A stretch of DNA of 64,000 bases from Planktothrix sp. GU0601_MAG3 (GCA_035193785.1 CP136572.1:3028578-3092577); one strand, 5' to 3'. Numbered from the stretch's first letter, positions 9,871 to 22,365 are shown. Notes: a model not told the origin generated them from the letters alone. Numbers and translations: made by a program.

Positions 9871-12800
9871 ATGGAAAAACCAGTCAGTGGTTCCGCTATG
9901 CTGGGACAGGGGGTGCTACGGGGGCTAAATCTCCGTCAAGAGGAAGTAGAAAGAACCCTACTGATGTTTTTGGTCTACACCTTAGCGTCCGTAGGGTTAA
10001 TTTGGTTAGAACTCAGTACCGTGGGTTTATTCCTGGATGAATACGGTGCGGATAAGTTGCCTTGGATCTATATCGCCAGTGCGGGGATGGGTTTCGGGCT
10101 TGGGTTTTGTTTATTCGTCGCTGCAAAAGGTTTTTCCCTTACGTCAAGCGATTGTTATGATCTTTGTGATCATGGCAATACCCCTATTTTTATTTCGTTG
10201 GGGACTGGGATTATCCGATATCAAAATATTAGGGTTAAGTCTTCAATTTATTACCCTATTTTTAATGTGGTTATGGGTAGAAGCGTCTTATGTTCTCAAC
10301 GACTTAAATAATGCAATCACCGCTAATCAACTATTTAATATTCGAGAAATTAAACGCACCTATCCGATTATTAGTAGTGGATTTCTAGTTGCTGGGGTGG
10401 TTAGTGGGTTTTCCCTCCCCCTGCTATTAAAAGTGGTGGGACTCAATAACGTTACTTTGGTTTCTGGGGTGATGGTACTCCTAGCCGCCATAATTTTATT
10501 TTATCTATCCCAACGCTACGGTCAATCCTTCCCCGACTCCACGCGCTGGACACCGGAAGATGAAGAACAAGAATTTAGTACCCGCAATCTCAAGGGCCCG
10601 GTGTTGGGTTATGTAATTCCCCTAGTCTCGTTTTTTGTTCTAGCAGAAGCCCTATATGTATTAGTAGATTTTCAATTTTTTAGTCAATTAGAATTTCAAA
10701 GTGATACGGCCGGAGCCAGTGGTATTGTTAGCTTCCTGGGAATCTTTGAAGGGATTTTGAGTGTGGCCCAGGTCTTAACTCAGTGGTTTGGATCTAGCCG
10801 ATTAGTTGAACGCACGGGAGTCTTTTTCACCGCCATTGTTTTACCCGTAGGGGTGATTATTTTAGGAACTATATCCTTAATTGGGGGAATCACTGGCATA
10901 TTCTCGGTATTTTTAGGATTTGTGATCCTACGATTTTTGGATGAGTTATTCCATTACACCTTAATTGAAACCACCGGAGCCGTCCTGTTCCAACCGTTGC
11001 CCGATCACGTTCGCAGCGATATTCAATCAATGGTGAACGGGGTATTTGAACCGATGTCTACGGGGGTGACCGGGGTACTGATTTTAATTACCCTCTGGGT
11101 CTCCCGGTTTATTTTTCCTGAATCGACCGAAACCCAGTTACAAAGTCAGCAGGGATTAATGTTCGTCGGTCTGATCATCCTCATGGCCGTGGTTTGGCTA
11201 TTGGTGGTTTGGTTAATTCGTGCCCAATATGTCAGTTTACTGGTTCGCAGCGCGGAACGGGGGCGGCTGAGTGTCTCGGATATTGATATGCCCCAACTCA
11301 AGCGGAATGTGGTGGAAACCCTGAAAAAACCTGGAGAAGAGGCGGATAAACGCTCCTGTATTGAACTCCTGAGTCAACTGGATGCGAAAAACGTGGGTGA
11401 AACCCTGGTTCCCCTCCTGGGTAGTCTTTCCCCGGGGTTACAGCGTCAGAGCTTGGAAATTATGCTCAACCACCCCAATCCGGCCTATTTGGAGGAAATC
11501 CGAGCTTTTACCCAGGGGAATTTACCCCCGGAAGTTCTGGCCCTGGCTTTGCGATACCTGTGGTTAACCGAAACCAGTCCCGATATTGAACAGTTGCGCC
11601 CCTATCTCCAACCCCAGGTTGATCCGGTGGTGCGGGGAAACGGCCGGGGCCTTGATTTTGCGTCGAGGCGATCGCGAACAAAAAGCCGCGGCCACTAATA
11701 CTATCCGACGGATGATTACCAACAGCCAAGAACGGGAACGGGTGATGGGAGTCCGCGCCCTGGGGGAAGCCGATTATTTACAAGGACTGCGGCTCTATCT
11801 GAACGATTTATTACAGGATGAATCTTTGCGGGTGCGTTGTGCCTTATTAGACGTAATCGCCTCTACCCATTTGGAAGAATACTATCCCTCTTTAATGAAA
11901 GCCCTAGCCTATCGTTCGACAAGAGATACAGCTTTACAGGCTTTAGTGAGGTTAGGAAATGAGGCAATTCCCCTGTTAATCCAGCAGGCTAGTGATATCT
12001 ATAAGCCGGATTTGGTGCGGTTACAGGCTTGGACAGCCCTGGGCGAAATTGGTACTACCGAAGCCTTGGATACTTTGACCGGTGAATTGATGATTTCCTG
12101 GGGAACTACCCGGCGCAATATCCTGAGAATTTTACTAAAAATTCCTCAAGATGCGGGAATTGAAGGAGTATTAGATCGGGTCGGACGCACCGGGGTAGAA
12201 ATTTTAATTGAACAGGAATTAATGTTCATCGGTCAAATTTATGCGGCTTTGCTAGATTTGTCCCTGGAAAAACCTATCCCGTCGGTATCAGAGGATGAAG
12301 ATTCAGACACCTTTGATCCCTTCGATCCGGTTGTCCCTGATATTCATGCTCCCCAACAGTTATTAAAACGCGCCCTGGAAGGATTAGAAATTGATGCGGT
12401 GGATCGTTGCTTTTTATTAATGAAGTTTTTATATCCCCATGACTCCATTCAAGCAGCATCCTTTAATGTTCAGTCAAATTCTTCTTCTAATGTGGCGCGG
12501 GGGTTGGAAATTCTTGATAATATTGTTGATATTGCCCATAAACGGGCCTTAATTAGCATTCTCGATCAGCACTCTAAATTGGAGAAATTGCAAAATTTAT
12601 CTGATTTAGTTAGCTATCAACCCTTGAAACCGAGCGATCGCCTACGCCGTTTATTAGAGTTACGCCATTTTCTCTCGGACTGGGCCTTGGCCTGTTGTTT
12701 CCATGTCGCCAAAAGCTCCCGATGGAGTTTAACGGCTGAACAGGCTTTGATGTGCTTACGTCATCCCACCGGGTTTGTTCGAGAAGCAGTCTTAGCATAT

Positions 12801-12917
12801 CTAAAGATTGCCTCTCAACGGGCTTTGATAGAATTATTACCAATGCTACAAAATGATCCCGATCGTTTAGTCGCAAACCAAGTTGAGGAGTTAATGGTGC
12901 AGCTTGGGGTCAAGTAG
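9871..12917 (+). CDS. MFS/NTT-like membrane domain fused to HEAT repeats (+1 frameshifts at 10091 and 11637)
   Basis: Motifs FLDEYGADKLPWIY and QLFNIREIKRTYP; many TM helices, then HEAT-like helices (VRALGEA, LQDESLRVR). Three ORFs fuse after two 1-nt corrections. Confidence 0.82.
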
Positions 12918-13037
12918 TGATAGGGATTACAGAGTGCGGAGTACAGGCTACAGAAGTTAAGATTTCCCCCCTGTTTCCGGTACTCCCCGTTCCCTGTTCC
13001 CTCCTGGAAGTGAATTTTTTAATTTTTTAGTAAACCT

Positions 13038-13523
13038 ATGTTAACTAGCGTTGAACGCCTTTTATTTGTCAGGGGTGTCCCAATTTTTAAAGAATTGCGA
13101 GACGATTTTTTAGTCCGTCTAGCATCGGTTATGGATGAATTATCCTTTCCCAGTGAACATAGTATTTTTACTGAAGGTCAAGAGGGGCGAGCGCTTTATA
13201 TTGTGGTTTCTGGACGGGTGCGGGTTCATATTGGCGATCGCAATTTGGCCGAATTAGGAAAGGGGACTTGTTTTGGTGAAATGTCTCTCTTTGATGCTGA
13301 ACCTCGCTCCGCCACCGTCAGCACCCTGGAAACCTGCGAATGTTTGATCTTAACCCAAATGCAACTCTATGATGCCATTGATGAAACCCCGGGAATTGCG
13401 ATTAATATTATTCGTTTATTATCTCGACGCATTCGAGAACTAAATCAGAAATTAAACCCTCCTACCCCTCCCCCCACCGTCGATGGGAATAAGGTTATTG
13501 AACTGCGATCGTCGGCGGGATAG
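13038..13523 (+). CDS. Cyclic nucleotide-binding domain protein
   Basis: Motifs IFTEGQEG, YIVVSGRV and FGEMSLFDAEPRSATV. Confidence 0.9.
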   Translation: MLTSVERLLFVRGVPIFKELRDDFLVRLASVMDELSFPSEHSIFTEGQEGRALYIVVSGRVRVHIGDRNLAELGKGTCFGEMSLFDAEPRSATVSTLETCECLILTQMQLYDAIDETPGIAINIIRLLSRRIRELNQKLNPPTPPPTVDGNKVIELRSSAG

Positions 13524-13568
13524 TCTGTTAGGAGGAATTTTCAGGAGGATAAACGTTCAAAAACCTAT

Positions 13569-14495
13569 ATGCCTAATCTTGAAAAAAACTGGTTTCAGTT
13601 AACACTCCGCATTCAAAGTTCCGTAATTCCAGCAATTATGCCCCGTGTGATTTTATGTACAACATTGGGCATTATTATTTCTCTATTAGATCATCATAGT
13701 TTACCCCTATCTACCGAGGTATTTAGTTATTTTATTTTTCCTGATTTAGTTCTGGGTTTATTGTTGGTTTTTAGAACAAATACAGCCTATGATCGATTTT
13801 GGGAAGGTCGAAAACTTTGGGGAACTTTAGTTAATACCGTGAGAAATTTTTCCCGTCAAATCTGGTTAATGGTTCCCGAAAAAGATGTTGATGATACCAA
13901 TGATAAAATCGCCACATTAAAACTATTAGTTGCTTTTGCCGTAGCAACTAAACTTCATTTAAGGGCGGAGAAAGTTAATCAAGAAATTGAAGATTTAACC
14001 ACCTCAGAACAGTATACAAAACTGCAAACAATTAATCATCCTCCTCTGGAAATTGCCTTTTGGATTGGAGATTATTTACAGGATAAAAATAAACATCATC
14101 ACCTTCATATCTACCAACTAACCGCTTTATATAAATTCTTAGATACCATGGTTGATGTTTTAGGTAGTTGCGAACGAATTGCTAAAACTCCTCTACCTTT
14201 AGCTTATCAAATTCATCTACAACAAATTTTATTAATTTATTGTTTGATTTTACCCTTAAAAATAGTCAATAATTTAGGACTATTTACCGGGTTAATCGTA
14301 GCAATTATGACCTTTACCCTATTGGGAATTGAGGAAATTGCCCGCCAAATTGAAAATCCCTTTGGTCACGATGAAAATGATTTACAACTGGATGCAATTT
14401 GTCAAGCAATGTTAAAAAGTATTCAAGATTTAATTTCTCTCCCCCCCAGTGTTCAGACCTATGAACAAGAAACCAAAGGTGAACTTAATGAATGA
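13569..14495 (+). CDS. Bestrophin-family ion channel
   Basis: Motifs LLVFRTNTAYDRFWEGRKLWG, CERIAKTPLP and IENPFGHDENDL. Confidence 0.92.
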   Translation: MPNLEKNWFQLTLRIQSSVIPAIMPRVILCTTLGIIISLLDHHSLPLSTEVFSYFIFPDLVLGLLLVFRTNTAYDRFWEGRKLWGTLVNTVRNFSRQIWLMVPEKDVDDTNDKIATLKLLVAFAVATKLHLRAEKVNQEIEDLTTSEQYTKLQTINHPPLEIAFWIGDYLQDKNKHHHLHIYQLTALYKFLDTMVDVLGSCERIAKTPLPLAYQIHLQQILLIYCLILPLKIVNNLGLFTGLIVAIMTFTLLGIEEIARQIENPFGHDENDLQLDAICQAMLKSIQDLISLPPSVQTYEQETKGELNE

Positions 14496-14591
14496 TATGA
14501 TATAGCAGTCGCCAAGGAAGTTAAAACTCCTACTGATTCCGAAACCTAGACTTGTACTCCTCCAATTCGTAATTCGTAATTCCCTGTTCCC

Positions 14592-14930
14592 TTATTCTTG
14601 AATAATCCTAAAAATGAAAGGATAGGAATAGGGTTGATCAGGATTAGAAACAACAGAAACAATCGCCAAAATCGGCATAACTAAACTAAAAACCCCCAAA
14701 ATTACTAATAAAGGAAACCCAATTAATAAAAAGGTGAGCATTCCAAATACAAACGCATAAAGATATAAGTTAATATGAAAGTTTAAGGATTCTCTGGCAT
14801 TGGCTTTGACAACTGAATCTTTGACTAAAAATAAAATAGCAATGGGAATACCAATGGCGACGAAAGTAGCACTAAAGAAGATTGCGCCATGACTCAGTGC
14901 CGATAGAATCAGTCGTTTATCTCGTTCCAT
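14592..14930 (-). CDS. DUF4870-like membrane protein
   Basis: Motifs LSALSH, ANARESLNF and YSYPFIFR. Confidence 0.8.
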   Translation of the reverse strand: MERDKRLILSALSHGAIFFSATFVAIGIPIAILFLVKDSVVKANARESLNFHINLYLYAFVFGMLTFLLIGFPLLVILGVFSLVMPILAIVSVVSNPDQPYSYPFIFRIIQE

Positions 14931-15113
14931 GAGAATAACTCCTTCAAGGTTAATTTATCTATTATAATATGTTTCTGGCTGATTAAACACTATTAATTTT
15001 TTTTCATTAATTTCCTTGGTATAATGTAGAATTGCCATATCTGCAATTACTATACATAAATAAATTATTGTGTAATAATCATAGACTATGCAATTTAAAA
15101 CTAGGAACTGAAT

Positions 15114-16311
15114 ATGCTGATCGAATTCAGCGTTGGTAATTATCTATCTTTTAAAGAAACTGTCACCTTCAGTCTGGTGGCATCAAAAGTTGTTTCCTAC
15201 TATAAGGAACTTGATGAAAATAATGTTTTTGACTTTGATGATGCGTTGAGGTTGGTTAAAAGTGCCGCTGTATATGGTGCAAATGCCAGTGGAAAAAGTA
15301 ACTTAATGAAAGCAATGGATTTTATGACAAGGTTTATATTAACCTCGTTTAAAGAAACCCAGATAGGAGATGAAATTGATGTTACAGAGTTTAAGCTGAG
15401 TACACAAACAGTAGATAAACCCTCTTTTTTTGAAATAGTTTTTATTTTAGATCAAAGAATCTATCGATATGGATTTGAAGTCAATAAAGAACGAGTAATT
15501 TCAGAATGGTTGTTTCATGTACCAACAGTTAAAGAAATTAATTTATTTCAGAGAAATTTTGATCAAATCGAAGTTAAAAAGCAATTTGAAAAGCAAGGAA
15601 AAGAAATTTTTGGAAGAACTCGTCCAAATGCTTTGTTTTTATCTGTTGTAGCTCAATTTAATGGGAAAATGGCTACTAATATTTCACTTCTTTTTAAAAA
15701 AAAAATTAATGTTCTTTCAGGATTGCATGAACACTTGTATCATAAATATACAATGACTCAATTCCAGAAAGACCCTGATCCGATCATTCAACTCATCAAA
15801 CGGCTAGATTTAGATATTTATGATATCGTTTTAGAATTTAATAGGATTAAAACAATTCATAAAAAGTATAATGATCAAGGTGAAATAGTCAGCTTAGAAA
15901 AATTTGACCTTAATGAAGATGAATCTGAAGGAAACTAAGAAACTCTTTGCCTTTGCTGGGCCAATTTTGGAAACTTTAACCAATGGAGAAGTATTAGTTA
16001 TTGATGAATTAGATGCTAAACTGCATCCTTTAATCACTCAGACACTGATTAATTTATTTAATTCTAAGACAACTAATCCTAAAAATGCCCAGCTAATTTT
16101 TACGACCCATGACACTAATTTATTAAGCAATAAAATCTTTAGACTTGATCAAATCTGGTTTACGGAAAAAAATAATCAAGGAGCTAGTGACCTTTATTCT
16201 TTAATAGAATATAAAGTCAGCAGTGATGCTTCATTAGAAAGCGATTATATTAAAGGTAAATATGGAGCTATACCTTTTATTGCCAATTTAGAGCAATTAT
16301 TTAATAAATAA
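15114..16311 (+). CDS. AAA_21 / RloA-like ABC-type ATPase (+1 frameshift at 15931)
   Basis: Walker A YGANASGKSN, ESEGTKK after correction, Walker B IDELDAKLHP, QLIFTTHD and C-terminal GKYGAIP. Confidence 0.9.
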
Positions 16312-16312
16312 A

Positions 16313-17083
16313 ATGAACAAAAAAAAGTATTCCATGAAAAACAAAAAATCAATAATAAATCGTGGTTACTTAGACAGAAACAATACGGTAGAACGTCGGG
16401 GAAACCCGCGTAAAAGATTGTTAATTGTTTGTGAAGGTCGAGAAACTGAACCTAATTATTTTAATAGTTTATATAAAAATCTTAACAGAGGACATCTTTA
16501 TATTCAAGTAAGGGGAGAAGGTAGAGTTACATTAAGTTTAGTACAAAGAGCAATAGAATTAAGAAATGAAGATGGAGAATATAATGAAGTTTGGTGTGTT
16601 TTTGATCGAGACTTTAAATCGGAAAATAATAATCAACAAAATTTTAATGCAGCTATTACTCTCGCATTAAGAGAGAAAATTAGATTGGCAATTTCAAATG
16701 ATGCTTTTGAACTTTGGTATTTATTGCATTATGAGTATTATACAAGTGAAACCCATAGAGACAATTTATCTCAAAAATTGGAAGAACGACTTGGTAAAAA
16801 GTACAAGAAAAACCTTGATTTATATGAACAATATCTTAAACAACGTCAACAAACAGCCATCAGAAATGCAGAAAATCTATGGAAAGATATTTCATCGGAT
16901 ACAACAAAAGCAATTTATTTTGATAAACAGCACCCTGAACAATTCCTTGAAATAACAGATAAGTTAATTCATAAACTCACTCAACAACATAATATTAATC
17001 CATCAACAACAGTATATAGTTTAGTCCAAAGATTAATCTATCTTTCTGAGAATGATCAAACCTCTATGGCTTCTGAAACTTGA
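16313..17083 (+). CDS. rloB: RloB family protein
   Basis: Motifs LIVCEGRETEPNYF, VWCVFDRD, SNDAFELWYLLH and NPSTTV; abuts the RloA-like ATPase. Confidence 0.88.
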   Translation: MNKKKYSMKNKKSIINRGYLDRNNTVERRGNPRKRLLIVCEGRETEPNYFNSLYKNLNRGHLYIQVRGEGRVTLSLVQRAIELRNEDGEYNEVWCVFDRDFKSENNNQQNFNAAITLALREKIRLAISNDAFELWYLLHYEYYTSETHRDNLSQKLEERLGKKYKKNLDLYEQYLKQRQQTAIRNAENLWKDISSDTTKAIYFDKQHPEQFLEITDKLIHKLTQQHNINPSTTVYSLVQRLIYLSENDQTSMASET

Positions 17084-17190
17084 AACTATTGGCTACAGAT
17101 TATACTCAATAATGGATAAATATGATTAATTTTTTTTCATTGATTTCCTTATTTTGTGTTAGGTTTTGTTAACAATATCTACCTAAAAAC

Positions 17191-17410
17191 TTAAATTTTA
17201 GCACCCGCTACTAATTGAGCAACTAATGGTTGATCTGTTGATAACTGACTCACAGCTAATACAGAAAACCCTAATAAATTTCCGGCTTCATCCACTCGTT
17301 TCCATAATCGCATCATTATCGGTTTCTCGCATATAACCCGGTTGATCCGAAAATAAAACTTCTAAAAAATCGCCTTCTTTATCAAAATAAACTTTTACAG
17401 TTGAGGCCAT
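17191..17410 (-). CDS. DUF2283-like small protein (absent from the ORF track; +1 frameshift at 17298)
   Basis: Manual translation: MASTVKVYFDKEGDFLEVLFSDQPGYMRETDNDAIMERVDEAGNLLGFSVLAVSQLSTDQPLVAQLVAGAKI. Confidence 0.75.
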
Positions 17411-17486
17411 AGTTTATCTCCTGATTCTATGCTAAATCTCAGAATATAAAAAGCCCCTCTCCTAAACGGGGAGGGGTTAACTTAAC

Positions 17487-20175
17487 TTATTTCAACCCAT
17501 CAACTAACTGCATTTTTGCACTCTCTAACGCTGCTTTTAACTGCGTCGCATCCCGACCGCCAGCTTGGGCTAAATTCGGACGTCCGCCGCCTCCACCGCC
17601 GCAAATTTTAGCAATACCGCCGATAAATTTACCCGCTTGTAAACCTTTATTATTAACAGCTTTACTAAACGCTGCCACAAAATTAACCTTACCATCGGTT
17701 GTCGCTGAACCCAAGACAACGGCACTTTCTCCTAACTTTTGTTGTAGCCTTTCTGCGGCGGTTTTTAAGGATTCTGCATCGGCATCATGGAGTTCTGCTA
17801 CAATTAATTTAAACTCACCAATGGTTTCAGCAGAGGTTAATAATTTTTCGGAATTGGCGATCGCTAATTCTGCTTTAACTGCTTCTAATTGTTTCTGAGT
17901 TGCTTTTAACTCCTGTTGTAAATTATTAATCCTGTCTGGTAATTCTTCAGGTTTAGCTTTAAAGCGATCGCCTAACTCCTTAACCACCGTATCCCGCACT
18001 TTCAAATACTCTAAAACTGATTGTCCGGCTACCGCTTCTATCCGTCGAATTCCTGATGCAATACCCGTTTCCGAAATAATCTTAAATAGACCAATTTCGG
18101 CGGTATTACTAACATGAATTCCCCCGCATAATTCCATCGAAACCCCGGAATAATCAACCACCCGCACAATATCAGAATATTTCTCTCCAAACATCGCGAT
18201 CGCACCTTTAGCTTTAGCCGCTTCAATCGCCATTTCTGCAATTACGGCGGGATGGGCTTCGGTGATCCAACTATTAACTTGATCTTCAATTTGTTGCAAT
18301 TCTTCAGCAGTTAACCCCCGGGGAGAATTAAAATCAAATCGTAACCGTTCAAAATCAACTAAAGAACCCGCTTGAGAAATAGAGGAATCTACTATTAATT
18401 TTAACGCTGATTGTAACAAATGGGTAGCGGTATGATTAGCTTGGGCGCGACGACGACAGCCGCGATCAATTTGGGCAGTTAAGGTCATTCCTGGGGTAAC
18501 TATTCCCCGTTCAATGCGTCCGAAATGGATGAAAATATTGGATTCTTTTTTAACATCTTCGATCTGAATTACGGTATCCCCATAACTCAAATAACCGCGA
18601 TCGCCAACTTGTCCCCCAGACTCGGCATAGAAGGGAGTTTTATTCAAAATTACTTGAATTTCTGTTCCCGCTTCTGCTGTTTCTACGGGTTTTCCATTCA
18701 CTAAAACCGCTTCCACTTTGGCATCAGATGTTAATAACGTATAGCCTAAAAATTCCGTGGGGTGAATATGTTCTGCTAATTGATCTAAACTTCCTTGGAC
18801 AGTTAAATCAATGGTTTCATGGGCATCTTGAGAACGGCGGCGTTGTTCTTCCATTGCCGTTTCAAAACCTTTAATATCAACGGTTAACCCATTTTCTTCG
18901 GCAATTTCTTGGGTTAATTCTAGGGGGAAACCGTAGGTGTCGTATAAGACAAAGGCATCTTGACCGGAAATTTCACCCCCCTGACTAATGGGGGAAGTTG
19001 TAGCCTCCCCTTTGCTAAGGGGGAGGTGGGAGGGGGTCGCCTTTTCCATAATTTCTACTAACAGTTTTTCCCCCCGTTCTAAGGTTTCCAAGAAACGGGT
19101 TTCTTCCCTCTGTAATTCTGCTTTAATTGCGGTTTCCCGTTGACGCACATTCGGATAAATAGCTTCTGATAATTGCATCGCAGTTTCAGCGACTTGGGTA
19201 GTAAATTCCTGATTAATTCCAATTAACCGACCGTGACGCACCACCCGCCGAATTAAGCGCCGGACAATATAACCCCGGCCAATATTAGACGCCGTAACTC
19301 CATCAGCAATTAAATGCACAACCGCCCGAATATGATCCCCAATAACTTTTAGAGAAACCTTGGTTTTATCATCGGATTTGTGATAGTCTATTTGGGCAAT
19401 TTCCGCCGCGGTTTTAATAATTGGAAAAATTAGATCGGTTTCATAATTATTAGGAACTTGCTGTAAAATTTGCGCCATTCTTTCTAACCCCATGCCCGTA
19501 TCAATATTTTTATTCTGTAATGGGGTTAAATTACCATCATTATCTCGGTTATATTGCATAAATACTAAGTTATAAAACTCAATAAACCGAGAATCATCCT
19601 CTAAATCAATATTCTCCTCGCCGCGTTCCGGGTGAAAATCATAATAAATCTCTGAACAGGGGCCACAGGGGCCAGTGGGGCCAGATTTCCAGAAATTATC
19701 CGCTTCTCCCATGCGTTTAATGCGTTGGGGAGATACCCCAATTTCGTCCCGCCAGATGGCAAAGGCTTCGTCATCTTCCTCGAACACACTCACTACTAAA
19801 CGTTCCGGGGGTAACTCAAAAACTTTTGTAGAAATTTCCCATCCCCAAGCGATCGCTTGTTGTTTAAAATAGTCTCCAAAGCTGAAATTGCCCAACATTT
19901 CAAAAAAAGTATGATGTCTGGCCGTTCTGCCGACATTTTCAATATCATTAGTACGGATACACTTTTGGGAGGTGGTGGCGCGGGGAACTTCCGGTTGTCG
20001 CTGTCCTAGAAATATCGGTTTAAAGGGTAGCATCCCGGCAATAGTTAACAACACCGTCGGGTCTTCGGGAAACTAAAGAAGCACTAGGCAGAATTTTATG
20101 CCCTTTTTCGGCATAGAAGTTGAGAAACTTTTGACGAATTTCGCTACCTGTGGAACACTTGGGAGAAAAAGTCAT
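17487..20175 (-). CDS. alaS: Alanine--tRNA ligase (+1 frameshift at 20069)
   Basis: Motifs [54 protein letters not shown] and [14 protein letters not shown]. Confidence 0.98.
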
Positions 20176-20216
20176 AATATTCACCGTAAAAAAATTAGAC
20201 CAACCTTTTACAATAA

Positions 20217-21689
20217 ATGAAAGATCAAATATTGCATCGAATCATTCCTATTTTAATTGTTAGTTTGTCTGCCTTGGGGGGTGTGGTCGGGGGAATTTTT
20301 TTTCGGCAAACGGTCATTGTTGAACGTTTTCCTACCCTTCTGCCTCGGTTGCCCTTTGCCAATGCCTTACCTCCCCAGGAAATTATTGCCCAGAATGAAG
20401 TTCGCCCCTTACCCGGGAAACTGGATGAGGTGTTAATGTTTAATAGCAATAGTCCAGAATGGGTGAAACAGGAAGGAATTTTACTTTCAACCTTTCCGGG
20501 GGGATGGCGTGGTGATCCCGAATCTCATTTAGAATATCGTTTAACTGGAGAATTTGAGGTATTTGCTCATCATTTTACCCACACTCCCCCGGATTTAAAA
20601 ACCTTATATTTGGGATTGATGGTTCATAATCCCGATAATGAACCTGTGACCGTTGAAATATTGCAAGCGGCTAGTTATTTATTGGAGCCGGATGCTCCTT
20701 TTAAAGAAAAACCTGCCATGAGTGATAATGCTAACGGTGAGATTTATTCTGGGCCAGGAATTCGGGCCGTTGATGATGTGTTAAGGGGAAAGCGAGCGTC
20801 GGAATTTCCTAAAACCTTGGAAATTGGCCCCGGTGAAACTCAAATGTTAATGAATTTGCCTATCCCGGTGCAGGGGCTAAAACGTCCGGTGAATGGGCGT
20901 TCTACCCTTACGCGCCTAAAAGTCCGGGGTCAAAGCGATGATTCTCCCCCGGCCTCAATTTATATGGCTAGTTTAGCTCAATATGCGAAAATGCAGCCCG
21001 ATGGCAAGGAGCGTGCGCCAACTTTAGAGGAATGGCAACAGTTACTTGATTATGGCAGTTTAGCACAACCCCGCGACAAAATTCCCACTCCTCCAGAACA
21101 AATAGGAGGTCAGTTAATTTATAGTCGGGTTGCGGGTGTTCAAAAAGGGGCAAAATGGGCGGTAGATTTAGTTGATGAGGGTAAAGATTTTCTGACTATT
21201 CCTGATAGGGGAAAGGGAATTTCTTTTCCTATTAGTACAGTTAGGGCGGGAACATTAGGAACAAAACAAGTGCAAGCCGCGCCATTAATTGTTCGTTATC
21301 CTGATACGGCCTATGAATCCCATGGCAATTATGGGGTACATTATGATTTACAGATTCCGTTATTAAATACAACGGATGAAACCCAAAAGGTAACGGTTAC
21401 TTTGGAAACTCCATTCAAGGAAGAAAAGTTATCGAAAAATGGATTAATTTTTAGACAACCTCCCGTAGATTTTCCCTTTTTTCGAGGCACAGTTAGGTTA
21501 AGATATGAAGATGAACAAGGAAAAACGGTGATCAAATATCTCCATTTATGGCATCGTCGAGGGCAAATTGTTGACCCGTTAGTTGAATTAAAATTAAATC
21601 CGAAATCCTCCCGTTTTGTTAGGGTTGATTTCCGTTATCCTCCCGATGCGACACCCCCCCAAGTTATCACCGTGAAAACCTTAAATTAA
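20217..21689 (+). CDS. DUF3370-like cyanobacterial exported protein
   Basis: N-terminal TM; motifs VRPLPGKLD, FNSNSPE, GILLSTFP, HGNYGVHY and YPPDATPPQV. Confidence 0.8.
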   Translation: MKDQILHRIIPILIVSLSALGGVVGGIFFRQTVIVERFPTLLPRLPFANALPPQEIIAQNEVRPLPGKLDEVLMFNSNSPEWVKQEGILLSTFPGGWRGDPESHLEYRLTGEFEVFAHHFTHTPPDLKTLYLGLMVHNPDNEPVTVEILQAASYLLEPDAPFKEKPAMSDNANGEIYSGPGIRAVDDVLRGKRASEFPKTLEIGPGETQMLMNLPIPVQGLKRPVNGRSTLTRLKVRGQSDDSPPASIYMASLAQYAKMQPDGKERAPTLEEWQQLLDYGSLAQPRDKIPTPPEQIGGQLIYSRVAGVQKGAKWAVDLVDEGKDFLTIPDRGKGISFPISTVRAGTLGTKQVQAAPLIVRYPDTAYESHGNYGVHYDLQIPLLNTTDETQKVTVTLETPFKEEKLSKNGLIFRQPPVDFPFFRGTVRLRYEDEQGKTVIKYLHLWHRRGQIVDPLVELKLNPKSSRFVRVDFRYPPDATPPQVITVKTLN

Positions 21690-21750
21690 CTCCCCCGTTG
21701 TTGGGCTTTAGCCTTTTTTCCTTGGGGGCTTGGTCGGAAGTCCTATTCTA

Positions 21751-22365
21751 TTAAATAACTCCGGCTTGAAATATTTGTTCAGCCGTTAAATTTAACTCTG
21801 GAAAAACCAAGGACTGAATACATTCATTTTCTCGAAATTGAGTAACTTGGTATTCTCCATCGACTAAAAAGTAAACAGAAATAGTTGGTTTTTTGGGATT
21901 ACCAATAAATTTACGAGCACCCAGGGCTAGAGAATCTACAATCCAATATTCAACAATTCCAATATCTTCGTACTCCCCATATTTTTTATAATAATCATCC
22001 CGCCAATTAGTGCTAACGACTTCAATCACTAAGGGAATAGACTTACCCAAAGTTACAGTAGACTCTTTCTTCCAAAAGGGTTCATTCACTAAATGAGAAC
22101 GATCCAATAATAAGATATCTGGTGAATAAGCCGACTCACTCGAAGCTGATTTAACCAGTGCCGTTTTCGGAATGGAATAAGGGAGATGTAGGCGCACATA
22201 TTCTAAAGTCAGCTTTTCAGCTAAAAAACCCACAATATTTTCATGTTCTCCCGTCGGTTGTGGCATTTCAATAATTGCTCCTTGATGGAGTTCATAGCGT
22301 TTGTTATCCGGTTTCCACTGGATAAATTCAGAAAAATTTGTTGGCTTTGGTAAGGATTGAACCAT
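21751..22365 (-). CDS. Uma2 family endonuclease
   Basis: Motifs RYELHQG, PTGEHE, LVIEVVSTNWRDDY and GIVEYWIVD. Confidence 0.9.
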   Translation of the reverse strand: MVQSLPKPTNFSEFIQWKPDNKRYELHQGAIIEMPQPTGEHENIVGFLAEKLTLEYVRLHLPYSIPKTALVKSASSESAYSPDILLLDRSHLVNEPFWKKESTVTLGKSIPLVIEVVSTNWRDDYYKKYGEYEDIGIVEYWIVDSLALGARKFIGNPKKPTISVYFLVDGEYQVTQFRENECIQSLVFPELNLTAEQIFQAGVI

